In this document: one piece after another, positions 45,748-55,852 of the stretch
How the letters are laid out: each line of letters begins with the position of its first letter
Position numbering within the stretch: the stretch's first letter is position 1
Source: Candidatus Omnitrophota bacterium
GTDB lineage: Bacteria > Omnitrophota > Gorgyraeia > Velamenicoccales > JABMQK01
DNA length: 64,000 nt
Direction: 5' to 3'
Assembly: GCA_028711115.1 (NCBI GenBank)
Contig: JAQTSV010000001.1
Coordinates: 390,032 to 454,031 of the forward strand
Position numbers and translations under genes: made by a program
The notes under the pieces: generated by a model
Told to the model about the DNA's origin: nothing
The model's database searches: none
The model's input: the letters and a program-made list of their open reading frames with translations, nothing else

Positions 45748-46806
45748 ATGAATATTGATGATTTGGTTAATCACATAAGTGAATGGCTCAGAGGTACAGG
45801 GGCTAATTCCGATATAGTAATATCCAGCAGGATACGCCTGGCGCGTAATTTTCCCAATATCCCTTTTCCGCATTGGGCAGATAAAGAACAGGAAAAGATT
45901 ATTGTGGAAAAAGCCAAAGCTATAATTTCCCAGGCACCGCAGTTAAAGGACGCTTCATTCTTTATGTTGTCAGACCTGGATAATTTGGACAAGCAGCTTC
46001 TCGTGGAGAGGCATTTGATGTCGCATGAACACGCCATGCGCTCTAACGGCAAAGCCATTTGTTTGACTGATAATGAAGTGATTTCCATTATGATAAATGA
46101 AGAAGACCATTTACGTATTCAGGTAATGAAATCCGGTTTTGATTTAGATGATGCCTGGCAGATAATCAATAAGTTAGATGATGATTTGTCCGCAAAATCT
46201 GCGTTTGCATTTTCCAGGGAGCTGGGTTTTCTTACAGCCTGTCCCACAAATACCGGCACAGGCATGCGCGCATCTATTATGTTGCATTTACCGGTATTGG
46301 TGATGACACGCCAGATTAACCGCGTTTTGGATGCCATCGCCAAATTAAGTTTTACCACAAGAGGACTTTACGGCGAAGGAACGCAGGCAAGCGGTAATTT
46401 CTTCCAGATTTCCAATCAGGTTTCTTTGGGCCAGAAAGAAGAAGAGATTATCGATAATCTGGAAGGAGTCATAAGCCAGGTGATAGACCAGGAGAAGACA
46501 GCGCGCGACAGGCTTATGGTCAAAAACCGCTCTATGTTAGAAGACAGGATTTGGCGTGCTTCCGGTACGCTTATGAATGCGCATATAATTACCAGCCAGG
46601 AGACTGTGGAGTTATTGTCGATGTTAAGATTGGGCCAGGATTTGGGAGTTATTAACAATCTGGAACGGCAGTTAATTAACGAATTGTTTATTTTAACGCA
46701 GCCGGCGCATTTACAAAAAATAGAAAAGAAGAAACTTACTCCGCAGGAAAGAGATGTAAAACGCGCGGAGTTAATCAGGGAAAAACTGACGAATAAAAAG
46801 TTATAA
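45748..46806 (+). CDS. mcsB: Protein arginine kinase (ATP:guanido phosphotransferase)
   Basis: SSRIRLARN, NEEDHLRIQ and CPTNTGTGMRAS motifs. Confidence 0.9.
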   Translation: MNIDDLVNHISEWLRGTGANSDIVISSRIRLARNFPNIPFPHWADKEQEKIIVEKAKAIISQAPQLKDASFFMLSDLDNLDKQLLVERHLMSHEHAMRSNGKAICLTDNEVISIMINEEDHLRIQVMKSGFDLDDAWQIINKLDDDLSAKSAFAFSRELGFLTACPTNTGTGMRASIMLHLPVLVMTRQINRVLDAIAKLSFTTRGLYGEGTQASGNFFQISNQVSLGQKEEEIIDNLEGVISQVIDQEKTARDRLMVKNRSMLEDRIWRASGTLMNAHIITSQETVELLSMLRLGQDLGVINNLERQLINELFILTQPAHLQKIEKKKLTPQERDVKRAELIREKLTNKKL

Positions 46807-46845
46807 AAAATAATCAGTTCTATTTTATATTTAGGAGGTTGAGAT

Positions 46846-49263
46846 ATGTTTAACAGGTTTACAGAAAGAGCAAGGAAGGTTATTGTTTTGGCCAAAGAAG
46901 AAGCGCGCCGATTTAATCATGATTATATCGGTACGGAACATCTGCTCTTGGGTTTGGTGCGTGAAGGAGAAGGCGTGGCCGCAGCAGTATTACAAAAAAT
47001 GGGCTTAAGCCTTGAGTCCATACGTTTAGAAATAGAGAAATTAGTTCAGCCCGGACCTTCCACACAGATTTTAGGAGACATTCCTTTTACACCGCGTTCC
47101 AAAAAGAGTTTGGAACTGGCTGCAGAAGAGGCGCGGGCATTGGGGCATAATTATATCGGTACGGAACATCTGCTCTTGGGTTTGGTGCGTGAAGGGGAAG
47201 GCGTGGCCGCGCAGGTGTTATTGAATTTAGGCCTGGATTTAAACAGCGTGCGTTCCGAGATTATGGAGATTTTAGGTTCTGCTACGCCGGGTTTCGGTAA
47301 TTCTACACAGGGAGTAAAGTCAAAGACACCGGCATTAGACGCATTCGGCAGAGATTTAACCATGCTTGCCAAGGAGAATAAATTGGATCCTGTGATTGAC
47401 AGGAAAAACGAGATAGAGCGGGTCATACAGATTTTAAGCCGCAGGACTAAAAATAATCCTGTGTTACTGGGCGAGGCGGGCGTGGGAAAGACTGCCATTG
47501 TAGAAGGTTTGGCTCAGCAGATTGTCGTGGGCAATGTCCCCGAGGTTTTAAGGGATAAACGCCTGATTATACTTGATTTGGCTTTGATGATTGCCGGAAC
47601 TAAATACCGTGGCCAGTTTGAAGAGAGAATAAAGGCGATAATGGACGAGATAAAACGCTCGAAAGACGTGGTAATATTTATTGATGAATTACATACCTTG
47701 GTAGGGGCAGGTGCGGCAGAAGGCGCTATCGATGCCTCAAATATTTTAAAACCTGCGTTATCCCGGGGAGAAATCCAGTGCATCGGCGCTACAACTTTGG
47801 ATGAATACAGAAAACACATAGAAAAAGATGCTGCATTGGAGAGAAGATTCCAGACTATTATGGTTGATCCTCCGACGGTGGATCAGACTATAGAGATATT
47901 GAAGGGATTGCGCGATAAGTATGAAGCCCACCATCGTGTAAAGTTTACAGATGATGCACTTGAGGCAGCAGCAAAATTATCGGACCGTTATATCAGCGGA
48001 AGATTCCTGCCGGATAAAGCTATCGATATAATCGACGAAGCCGGTTCACGCGCAAGATTGGCCGTATTGACAGTGCCGGAAGCAATAAAAGAATTGGAGA
48101 AGAATGTCGAAGACCTGAAAAAGGAAAAAGAGGTATTTATCAAGAGCCAGGATTTTGAAAAGGCAGCGTCCTTAAGGGATAAAGAAAGACAGGCGCGTGC
48201 TGAGCTAGAGACCAAGAAAAAAGAGTGGATACAGGAACGCGATAAAAATTGTCCCAGCGTAAAAGAAGATGAAATTGCCTATATTGTTTCCAAGTGGACA
48301 GGTATTCCTATAGTAAGGCTGGAGCAGAAAGACAGCGAGAAGCTGCTCAAAATCGAAGATGAAATGCGCAAGCGCGTGGTAGGCCAAGACGAGGCGCTCT
48401 CTGTTATCGCCCATGCAGTGCGCCGTTCCCGGGCAGGGATTAAGGATCCGCGCCGGCCCATAGGTTCATTTATATTTTTAGGCCCCACAGGAGTGGGAAA
48501 AAGTCTTCTGGCACGGGCATTGGCGGAATTCATGTTCGGCGATGAAGACGCACTGGTGCAATTAGATATGTCGGAATATATGGAAAAATTTAATGTCTCA
48601 AGACTTGTAGGCGCGCCTCCGGGATACGTGGGTTACGAAGAAGGCGGCCAGCTTACAGAAAAAATCCGCAGGCGGCCGTATGCGGTGATATTGCTTGATG
48701 AAATCGAAAAGGCACATCCGGATGTATTCAATATCCTGCTTCAGGTTTTGGAAGAAGGCCGTCTCACCGACAGTTTCGGAAGAAAAGTGGATTTTCGAAA
48801 TACAATTTTAATAATGACCTCTAATGTCGGCGCTGAGGTTCTGCGTAAACAAGGTTCGTTAGGTTTTAAAACACGCGATGAAGAGACTAGTTATCAAGAG
48901 ATGAAACAAAAACTGATGGATGAAGTTAAGAAAACCTTTAAGCCGGAGTTTTTGAATAGAGTCGATGATATAGTGGTCTTCAGGTCGCTGTTAAAAGAGG
49001 ATTTATTGAGGATAGTTGAGATTGAGATCGCCTATGTCGGCGAAAGGCTCAAGGATCAGCATATCACATTTGAATTAGATAATAGCGCAAAAGAGCTTTT
49101 GATCGAAAAGGGTTTTGATCCTGTATTCGGCGCAAGGCCGTTAAAGAGGACTATCCAAAGATACCTGGAAGACCCCCTGGCACAGGATATGATTTCCCAG
49201 AGATTCAAACAGGGCGCTCACATCAAAGTCAAGAGGCAAAGAGACGAACTGGCATTTGAGTAA
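46846..49263 (+). CDS. clpC: ATP-dependent Clp protease ATP-binding subunit ClpC
   Basis: Two Clp_N repeats, two AAA+ modules ([16 protein letters not shown]), and a UVR-like middle domain. Confidence 0.95.
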   Translation: MFNRFTERARKVIVLAKEEARRFNHDYIGTEHLLLGLVREGEGVAAAVLQKMGLSLESIRLEIEKLVQPGPSTQILGDIPFTPRSKKSLELAAEEARALGHNYIGTEHLLLGLVREGEGVAAQVLLNLGLDLNSVRSEIMEILGSATPGFGNSTQGVKSKTPALDAFGRDLTMLAKENKLDPVIDRKNEIERVIQILSRRTKNNPVLLGEAGVGKTAIVEGLAQQIVVGNVPEVLRDKRLIILDLALMIAGTKYRGQFEERIKAIMDEIKRSKDVVIFIDELHTLVGAGAAEGAIDASNILKPALSRGEIQCIGATTLDEYRKHIEKDAALERRFQTIMVDPPTVDQTIEILKGLRDKYEAHHRVKFTDDALEAAAKLSDRYISGRFLPDKAIDIIDEAGSRARLAVLTVPEAIKELEKNVEDLKKEKEVFIKSQDFEKAASLRDKERQARAELETKKKEWIQERDKNCPSVKEDEIAYIVSKWTGIPIVRLEQKDSEKLLKIEDEMRKRVVGQDEALSVIAHAVRRSRAGIKDPRRPIGSFIFLGPTGVGKSLLARALAEFMFGDEDALVQLDMSEYMEKFNVSRLVGAPPGYVGYEEGGQLTEKIRRRPYAVILLDEIEKAHPDVFNILLQVLEEGRLTDSFGRKVDFRNTILIMTSNVGAEVLRKQGSLGFKTRDEETSYQEMKQKLMDEVKKTFKPEFLNRVDDIVVFRSLLKEDLLRIVEIEIAYVGERLKDQHITFELDNSAKELLIEKGFDPVFGARPLKRTIQRYLEDPLAQDMISQRFKQGAHIKVKRQRDELAFE
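46922..47210 (+). repeat. Intragenic direct repeat: two 61-nt copies (46922-46982 and 47150-47210) differing at one position
   Basis: Read directly: attatatcggtacggaacatctgctcttgggtttggtgcgtgaagg[a/g]gaaggcgtggccgc. Both copies encode [20 protein letters not shown] of Clp_N repeats 1 and 2. Confidence 0.9.
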
Positions 49264-49312
49264 AAAGAATTAATTAATTTTTTTAATAAATTAGCATAAC
49301 GGATACTTATCT

Positions 49313-50092
49313 ATGAAAGAATATTTAACAAATTTAGGAAATAAGACGCTGAATTTCTTTCGTTATCTGGGAGGAGTAACTGAGCTTTGTCTGGAGACGT
49401 TCTTCTGGATTTTTGTCCCGCCCATGAAAAGAGAACGCATATTTGAACAGGCAAAGAGGATAGGGCTGGATAGTTTGCTGATAGTTTCTCTTGTGGGGTT
49501 GTTTACGGGTATGATCCTGGCTTTGCAGACAGCCTATCTTATGAAGAAGTTATCTTCTGAGATATACATTGCCAGCATAATCGCCTTGTCTTTGACGCGA
49601 GAATTGGGCCCGGTGCTTACTGCCTTAATTGTGGCGGGAAGATCCGGTGCTGCAATTACAGCGGAAATCGGCACGATGACCGTAACCGAACAGGTAGACG
49701 CGCTGAAGACATTGGCCACAAACCCGGTGAAATACCTGGTTGTGCCTAGATTCCTTGCCCTTACATTTATGCTGCCGGTGCTTACTATTTATGCTGACCT
49801 GGTGGGAATATTCGGAGGTTATCTTATCGGTGTAAACAGATTAAGTATTTCTCCCAGCATGTATCTCGCTACTACTTTCGATACGCTGGTCAATAAAGAT
49901 ATATTCACAGGTTTAATTAAGACGGTATTTTTCGGCATGCTTATTGCCTTGATTTCCTGTTATGAAGGTTTGAATGTAGAGGGAGGAGCGGAAGGCGTGG
50001 GAAAATCCACCACAAATTCCGTAGTCACCACTTTTATTTTTATAATTGTTGCGGACTGTTTCTTTACGGCCTTGTTCTATTTCTTCTTCTAA
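49313..50092 (+). CDS. mlaE: MlaE-family ABC transporter permease
   Basis: Polytopic permease with RELGP..TA...AGR.G.A..AE.G.M...EQ.DAL pattern. Confidence 0.85.
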   Translation: MKEYLTNLGNKTLNFFRYLGGVTELCLETFFWIFVPPMKRERIFEQAKRIGLDSLLIVSLVGLFTGMILALQTAYLMKKLSSEIYIASIIALSLTRELGPVLTALIVAGRSGAAITAEIGTMTVTEQVDALKTLATNPVKYLVVPRFLALTFMLPVLTIYADLVGIFGGYLIGVNRLSISPSMYLATTFDTLVNKDIFTGLIKTVFFGMLIALISCYEGLNVEGGAEGVGKSTTNSVVTTFIFIIVADCFFTALFYFFF

Positions 50093-50136
50093 GGTAAATA
50101 TATTAAAAAAATTACGCAAAATTTTAGGTAATTAAT

Positions 50137-50901
50137 ATGATTGAGATAAAAGGGCTTTCAAAACGATTCAACGATCATATGGTCTTAGATTCTCTGGATT
50201 TAAAGATAGAGACAGGCGAGACTAAGGTTATTATCGGGCGTTCTGGCTGCGGCAAGAGCGTCTTATTAAAACATATAGTGGGATTATTGATTCCTGACAG
50301 TGGTACTGTATTGGTTGACGGTCAGGATGTCTCCAAGTTAGATGAAAAGAGAATGAATCAGCTTCATATGAAGATAGGTTTGGTTTTTCAGGGTGGAGCT
50401 TTATTTGATTCGCTCTCTGTATGGGAAAATGTAGGTTTTGTGTTAAGGGAATACTCTACACTTAAAGAAAAAGAAATAAGGGAGCGTGTCAAAGAGGCAC
50501 TTTCTCTGGTAAATTTATACGATGTAGAGGATAAGATGCCCTCGGAACTGAGCGGCGGAATGAAAAAAAGAGTATCTTTGGCCAGGGCTCTTTGCGTGCG
50601 GCCACAGATAATACTTTATGATGAACCTACCACAGGCGTTGATCCCATAACCGCTGACGCAATAAATGTTTTGATTGACGAATTACATGACAAATTAAAG
50701 GTTACTGCTATTGTGGTTACGCATGACATGAGAAGCGCTTATAAAGTGGCGGATAAAATTGCCATGTTATATAACGGAAAGATTATTGCTGAGGGCACGC
50801 CGGATGAAATTCGTTATACGCACGATTCTATCGTGCATCAATTTATAACCGGTGCTGCCCACGGTCCGATAACCGCTAATTTGAAAACTCAACAAATATA
50901 A
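50137..50901 (+). CDS. mlaF: MlaF-family ABC transporter ATP-binding protein
   Basis: Walker A GRSGCGKS, signature LSGGMKKRVSLARAL, Walker B ILYDEPTTGVD. Confidence 0.85.
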   Translation: MIEIKGLSKRFNDHMVLDSLDLKIETGETKVIIGRSGCGKSVLLKHIVGLLIPDSGTVLVDGQDVSKLDEKRMNQLHMKIGLVFQGGALFDSLSVWENVGFVLREYSTLKEKEIRERVKEALSLVNLYDVEDKMPSELSGGMKKRVSLARALCVRPQIILYDEPTTGVDPITADAINVLIDELHDKLKVTAIVVTHDMRSAYKVADKIAMLYNGKIIAEGTPDEIRYTHDSIVHQFITGAAHGPITANLKTQQI

Positions 50902-50927
50902 TTTTTTAAAATATAAGGGGGATAAAA

Positions 50928-51581
50928 ATGGCAGATAAATTAAAAAGGACGGAATTGCAGGTAGGTGTTTTTGTTTTTATAGGCATGATCATTCTTATTG
51001 TATTTGTTTTGATGATCGGCGATTTTCGCCTGATTAACCCCGGTTATACCTTTAAAATTTCATTCAGTTTTGCCAACGGCGTTAAAGTAAGCGCGCCGGT
51101 CAGGCTTGCCGGCGTAGAGGTCGGCGAGGTTAAAAGCCTTAACATAGGTTATGATGAGCAGGCAAAGAAACCCCAGGTTTTAATTTCGGTCTGGGTGAAG
51201 AAGAATGCAAAAATTCCCATTGATTCGCGTGTCTGGGTGAATATGCTGGGAGTATTGGGAGAAAAGTATATTGAGATTATACCCGGCCAGAACTTTAAGG
51301 CCCTGCTCACAGAAGGCTCTATTATAAAAGGAGAAGATCCCATTTCTATACAGGAATTAACGGATCTAAGCAGGCAGGTTGCCATGCAGGTCGGTGATAC
51401 AGTAGCCAAACTCAGCGAAACCCTGGATTCATTGAATTTGATTTTTGATAATATAAAGCAAGGCCAAGGGACTGTAGGCAAGCTCTTTTTCGATAACAGC
51501 CTCTATGACAATATTGACGAGATGTTCGCTGACTTAAAGAAAAATCCCTGGAAGCTTTTATATAGGTCGAAAGAAAAATAA
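50928..51581 (+). CDS. mlaD: MlaD/MCE-domain protein
   Basis: N-terminal TM helix then the MCE pattern (V..AP.VR.AGV.VG.V). Confidence 0.75.
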   Translation: MADKLKRTELQVGVFVFIGMIILIVFVLMIGDFRLINPGYTFKISFSFANGVKVSAPVRLAGVEVGEVKSLNIGYDEQAKKPQVLISVWVKKNAKIPIDSRVWVNMLGVLGEKYIEIIPGQNFKALLTEGSIIKGEDPISIQELTDLSRQVAMQVGDTVAKLSETLDSLNLIFDNIKQGQGTVGKLFFDNSLYDNIDEMFADLKKNPWKLLYRSKEK

Positions 51582-52948
51582 TGAAGACAAAGACAAGAAC
51601 TATTTTTGTTTGTCAGAATTGCGGAGCCCAGTCGCCCAAATGGATAGGCAGGTGTCCTGATTGCGACAGCTGGAGTTCTTTTGTGGAAGAGGATATACCG
51701 CAGGAAGGCTCAAGATTCGATATCGCGGATTCATCGCAGCCACCGGTGCTTCTCAAAGATATAAACACAGAGAAGGAACACCGCATAGAAACAGGGATAC
51801 AGGAATTAGACCGCGTTTTGGGCGGAGGCGTGGTAGTGGGTTCGATGGTGTTAATCGGCGGAGACCCGGGCATCGGCAAATCCACGCTTTCTCTGCAGAT
51901 GTCCTCGAACTTAAGCAAAAAGGTTACTGTTTTATATGTGAGCGGCGAAGAATCCACTATGCAGACCAAGATGCGGGCGAACAGATTAAATTCCCACACA
52001 GGCGATAATTTTTATATCGTTAATCTCACGAATTTGGAAGGTGTTTTCGAGGCGATTAAAAAAGTAGAAGCCAAAATTGTAATTATTGATTCTATTCAGG
52101 TTGTATATACACAGCATATTGCCTCCAGCCCGGGCAGTGTTTCTCAGGTAAGAGAGTGCGCCAATATGCTTATGAAATTTGCCAAGAGATACGGAATTTC
52201 TATGTTTTTAATCGGACATGTAACCAAGGAAGGCGCAATTGCCGGGCCGCGCGTGTTAGAGCATATAGTAGATACGGTATTGTATTTTGAGGGCGACAGG
52301 TTCTCTCATTACAGAATGCTCAGGGCGGTAAAAAACCGTTTTGGCTCTACGAATGAAATCGGCGTTTTTGAAATGTCCAATCAGGGTTTAATGGAAGTGA
52401 CAAATCCTTCGGAATATTTTCTTTCCGAAAGGAATAACAATATTTCCGGCAGTGTGATTTGCGCGACGGTGGAGGGGACGCGTCCTTTGTTAATTGAAAT
52501 ACAGGCCCTGGTTTGCAAGGCCGGTTTTGGTTTAGCCAGGAGAAAGGCGCAGGGCATAGATTTTAACCGCATTAATTTGCTGGTTGCTGTTTTGGAAAAG
52601 CGCATAGGATTAAAATTGGAAGATAAGGATGTATTTGTAAATGTCGTAGGCGGTATAAGTGTAAATGATCCGGCTTCGGATTTGGCTATTACCACTGCCA
52701 TAACATCCAGTTTTTATGATAAACCCATACCTAAGGATTTGATAATCTTGGGCGAGGTGGGCCTGGGAGGCGAGATGAGGTCCGTCACATATTTATCTCT
52801 GCGTCTTAAAGAAGCCGCAAAATTAGGATTTAAGAAGGCTATCATTCCGCAGGGAAATCTCAAAGATAGCAAGGATAAATTGAATTTGGAAATTTTTTCT
52901 TTCGGCAGCCTTAAGGAATCATTTAAATTTTTATGGAAGGAGACATAG
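51581..52948 (+). CDS. radA: DNA repair protein RadA/Sms
   Basis: Zinc finger CQNCG...CPDC, Walker A GDPGIGKST, KNRFG motif, and Lon-like C-terminal domain. The ATG overlaps the mlaD TAA by 1 nt. Confidence 0.95.
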   Translation: MKTKTRTIFVCQNCGAQSPKWIGRCPDCDSWSSFVEEDIPQEGSRFDIADSSQPPVLLKDINTEKEHRIETGIQELDRVLGGGVVVGSMVLIGGDPGIGKSTLSLQMSSNLSKKVTVLYVSGEESTMQTKMRANRLNSHTGDNFYIVNLTNLEGVFEAIKKVEAKIVIIDSIQVVYTQHIASSPGSVSQVRECANMLMKFAKRYGISMFLIGHVTKEGAIAGPRVLEHIVDTVLYFEGDRFSHYRMLRAVKNRFGSTNEIGVFEMSNQGLMEVTNPSEYFLSERNNNISGSVICATVEGTRPLLIEIQALVCKAGFGLARRKAQGIDFNRINLLVAVLEKRIGLKLEDKDVFVNVVGGISVNDPASDLAITTAITSSFYDKPIPKDLIILGEVGLGGEMRSVTYLSLRLKEAAKLGFKKAIIPQGNLKDSKDKLNLEIFSFGSLKESFKFLWKET

Positions 52949-53932
52949 ATGAGAATAACTTTATTTTTTATGCGATTATTATTCGTTATCGGCAGTTCTC
53001 TGATAGGCTATAGCATAGGTATGGATGTAAAAGAAGGCATTGTCGGTTTATACATCGGCGCTACTTTCAGTATGGTCATCATTATTTTGGAGATGATGAT
53101 GAGGCGGGTCTCTGTGAGAGGATTATCGAGCATGGTATTTGGTTTGTTATTGGGTTTAATTATGGCAAAGATTGTATCCAACGCCTTTATTCTTTTTCCC
53201 ATAGATGCCTCTATGCGTTCCATAACCAATATAATACTTACCCTTTCTTTTTGCTATTTGGGTGCGGCTTTGGGGCTTCGCGGCAGGGATGAATTCAACG
53301 TCATAATTCCTTATGTAAAATTGAAGAGACAGGGCGAATTGTCTGATGCGGTTATCTTGGATACCAGTGCTATTATCGACGGAAGAATCCTGGATATCTG
53401 TAAGACTCATTTCCTGGAGGTTAAATTAATAGTCCCACGTTTTGTCTTGAAGGAGCTGCAGACGATTGCGGATTCGGCAGATTCCATTAAACGCCAGAGG
53501 GGAAAGCGCGGCCTGGAGATTTTACATACGATTCAGAAAGAAATTAATATTACTATTCAGGAAGAGGATTTTCCCGAGATACAGGAAGTGGATACAAAGT
53601 TAATCAGATTAGCGAAACTCCTGGAGGCAAAGGTGGCGACAGTGGATTTTAACCTTAATCGTATAGCCACGCTGCAGGGGATTAAAATACTCAACATAAA
53701 CGAATTGGCAAATGCCCTGAAGGCGATTGTATTGCCGGGCGAAAATTTAGAGATAAAAATCATAAAAGAGGGCAAGGAATATAATCAGGGAATAGGTTAT
53801 CTAGAAGACGGAACCATGGTAGTCGTGGAGAATGGCCGTAAACTGATAGGTAAGACTTTGGCAGTAGGCGTCACTTCCGTGTTGCAGACGCAGGCCGGAA
53901 AGATGATTTTTGCCAAGTCCTTACAGGAGTAA
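52949..53932 (+). CDS. yacL: Membrane-anchored PIN + TRAM domain protein (YacL-like)
   Basis: N-terminal TM helices, PIN-type segment ([12 protein letters not shown]), and C-terminal TRAM-like beta domain. Conserved position between radA and ispD. Confidence 0.8.
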   Translation: MRITLFFMRLLFVIGSSLIGYSIGMDVKEGIVGLYIGATFSMVIIILEMMMRRVSVRGLSSMVFGLLLGLIMAKIVSNAFILFPIDASMRSITNIILTLSFCYLGAALGLRGRDEFNVIIPYVKLKRQGELSDAVILDTSAIIDGRILDICKTHFLEVKLIVPRFVLKELQTIADSADSIKRQRGKRGLEILHTIQKEINITIQEEDFPEIQEVDTKLIRLAKLLEAKVATVDFNLNRIATLQGIKILNINELANALKAIVLPGENLEIKIIKEGKEYNQGIGYLEDGTMVVVENGRKLIGKTLAVGVTSVLQTQAGKMIFAKSLQE

Positions 53933-53935
53933 GAT

Positions 53936-54622
53936 GTGAAAGTTACTGCAATCGTGCCTGCAGCCGGATTAGGCGTAAGATTAAAATCAAATATCGCCAA
54001 GCCTTTAGTTAAGATAAATGATGAAGCAATTATACTCCAGACTCTGAGAAAACTGTCCGGCCATCCTCTGATTAACGATATCATTGTAGTATTTAACTCC
54101 CAGGATATACCAGAACTAAAAGATTTAATAAGACAAAAACAAATCAGAAAGATTAAAGAAGTTGTTGCGGGCGGAACTTTCAGGAAAGATTCAGTTAAAA
54201 ACGGGCTTAAGAATGTATCCGGAGATACGGATTTTGTCTTAATCCATGACGGGGTGCGGCCTTTTATAGAAAAGAAAATTATCAGTGATGTAATTGAGGC
54301 AGCTTTTAAAGACGGCGCAGCAATAGTAGGTATACCTCTTAAATCAACCATAAAAAAAATAAAAACAAAGGTTTTAGAAGTAGATTCTACGTTAAACCGA
54401 AATGAAGTCTGGGAGATTCAGACGCCGCAGGTATTTAAGAAAGATTTAATTATGCGCGCCTATGACGCTACAGATGTTACAGACGTTCCTGACGATGCTT
54501 TTTTGGTCGAGCGTTTAGGCCAGCGCATTGTGTTAGTCGAAGGTTCGCCTCTCAACATAAAGATAACCACCCCCGACGACATTATATTAGCTAAGGCAAT
54601 AAATAGCCTGAGCAAAGAATAA
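53936..54622 (+). CDS. ispD: 2-C-methyl-D-erythritol 4-phosphate cytidylyltransferase
   Basis: AIVPAAGLGVRL N-terminus and VLIHDGVRPF motif. GTG start. Confidence 0.9.
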   Translation: MKVTAIVPAAGLGVRLKSNIAKPLVKINDEAIILQTLRKLSGHPLINDIIVVFNSQDIPELKDLIRQKQIRKIKEVVAGGTFRKDSVKNGLKNVSGDTDFVLIHDGVRPFIEKKIISDVIEAAFKDGAAIVGIPLKSTIKKIKTKVLEVDSTLNRNEVWEIQTPQVFKKDLIMRAYDATDVTDVPDDAFLVERLGQRIVLVEGSPLNIKITTPDDIILAKAINSLSKE

Positions 54623-54636
54623 CTTATTATCAAATT

Positions 54637-55119
54637 ATGAAGAATCTAAGAATCGGAATAGGATTTGATATCCACAGATTTAAAAAAGGAAGAAAATTAG
54701 TTTTGGGCGGAGTAGAGATCCCTTATAAATTTGGCCTGGATGGTCACTCCGACGCGGATGTTTTATTGCATGCCTTATGCGATGCTATTTTAGGGGCAAT
54801 GGCCAGGCCGGATATCGGCGAGCATTTTTCCGATAAAGACCCCAGATACAAAAATATATCCAGTATGATTCTTTTGAAGAAAGTTAAAGATATAATGCAA
54901 AAATATGGATTTCAGCCCGTAAATGTTGATTGTATAGTTATAACGGATGAGCCCAGAATAAATACCTTCAGGAATAAAATCAAAACAAATATCAAAAAAG
55001 CACTTTGTCTAGATATAGATTGCATAGGTTTGAAAGCCAAAACCACAGAAGGCGTCTTGTCTTTTTCTAAAAAAGGCATCGCAGCTTACTGTGTGGTTTT
55101 ATTGGAGAAGAAAAAATAG
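54637..55119 (+). CDS. ispF: 2-C-methyl-D-erythritol 2,4-cyclodiphosphate synthase
   Basis: RIGIGFDIHRF and GHSDADVLLHA motifs. Confidence 0.95.
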   Translation: MKNLRIGIGFDIHRFKKGRKLVLGGVEIPYKFGLDGHSDADVLLHALCDAILGAMARPDIGEHFSDKDPRYKNISSMILLKKVKDIMQKYGFQPVNVDCIVITDEPRINTFRNKIKTNIKKALCLDIDCIGLKAKTTEGVLSFSKKGIAAYCVVLLEKKK

Positions 55120-55168
55120 AGTTATCGCCTTTCTTTGATGAAAGGTTAATATTAAATCGGAGGAAATA

Positions 55169-55849
55169 ATGAATTTCTTATTGGAAATTTTAATCATGAT
55201 TTTGGCGGTTGTTTTACTCTGGATTTTGTTTATTCTTCTGTTTTTTAACAGCGAAATTAAAGCCGTAAAAGAAAGAGACCCGGCGGCAAAGAGCCACCTT
55301 GAGGTAGTCCTGCTTTATTCAGGGCTGCATGCCATAATCTTTTATCGCATTGCCAATTTTTTAGTTAAGTTAAGGATTCCCATCCTGCCCCGGGCTATTT
55401 CGCAATTCGCCAGGTTTCTTACGGGAATTGAAATACATCCGGCTGCTCAAATAGGTAAAAGTCTGTTCATAGATCATGGCATGGGCGTGGTTATAGGAGA
55501 GACGACTATCGTAGGCGACAATGTCACTTTATATCAGGGCGTTACATTGGGCGGCACCGGCAAGGAAAAAGGCAAACGCCATCCCACCATCGGCAATAAT
55601 GTGGTTATAGGCACAGGCGCAAAAGTTTTGGGAAATATTTCCGTGGGAGATAATTCTTATGTGGGAGCAAACGCGGTAGTCATTAAAGATGTTCCGCCGG
55701 ATTCTACGGCAGTGGGAGTGCCGGCCAGGATTACGCGCCAAGGTGGTAAAAAGATCGAGGAGAAATTAGACCACGTGCATGTCCTTGACCCGATTATGGA
55801 ATCAATCGATGAATTAAAGAAAAGAATTTCTGACTTAGAGAAAAAGTAA
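55169..55849 (+). CDS. cysE: Serine O-acetyltransferase with hydrophobic N-terminal extension
   Basis: DPAA.S..EV.L.Y.G.HAI..YR.A, IHPAA.IG, and hexapeptide repeats. GGAGG 6 nt upstream of the ATG. Confidence 0.85.
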   Translation: MNFLLEILIMILAVVLLWILFILLFFNSEIKAVKERDPAAKSHLEVVLLYSGLHAIIFYRIANFLVKLRIPILPRAISQFARFLTGIEIHPAAQIGKSLFIDHGMGVVIGETTIVGDNVTLYQGVTLGGTGKEKGKRHPTIGNNVVIGTGAKVLGNISVGDNSYVGANAVVIKDVPPDSTAVGVPARITRQGGKKIEEKLDHVHVLDPIMESIDELKKRISDLEKK

Positions 55850-55852
55850 TTT

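Noticed and set aside
51613-52008. 115-aa + strand and 128-aa minus-strand ORFs overlapping the 5' part of radA. Analogous ORFs at 56379..56790 lie inside cysS.
   Set aside because: The RadA and CysRS frames are unambiguous (zinc finger/Walker A; HIGH/KMSKS). The overlapping ORFs have no start context or motifs.
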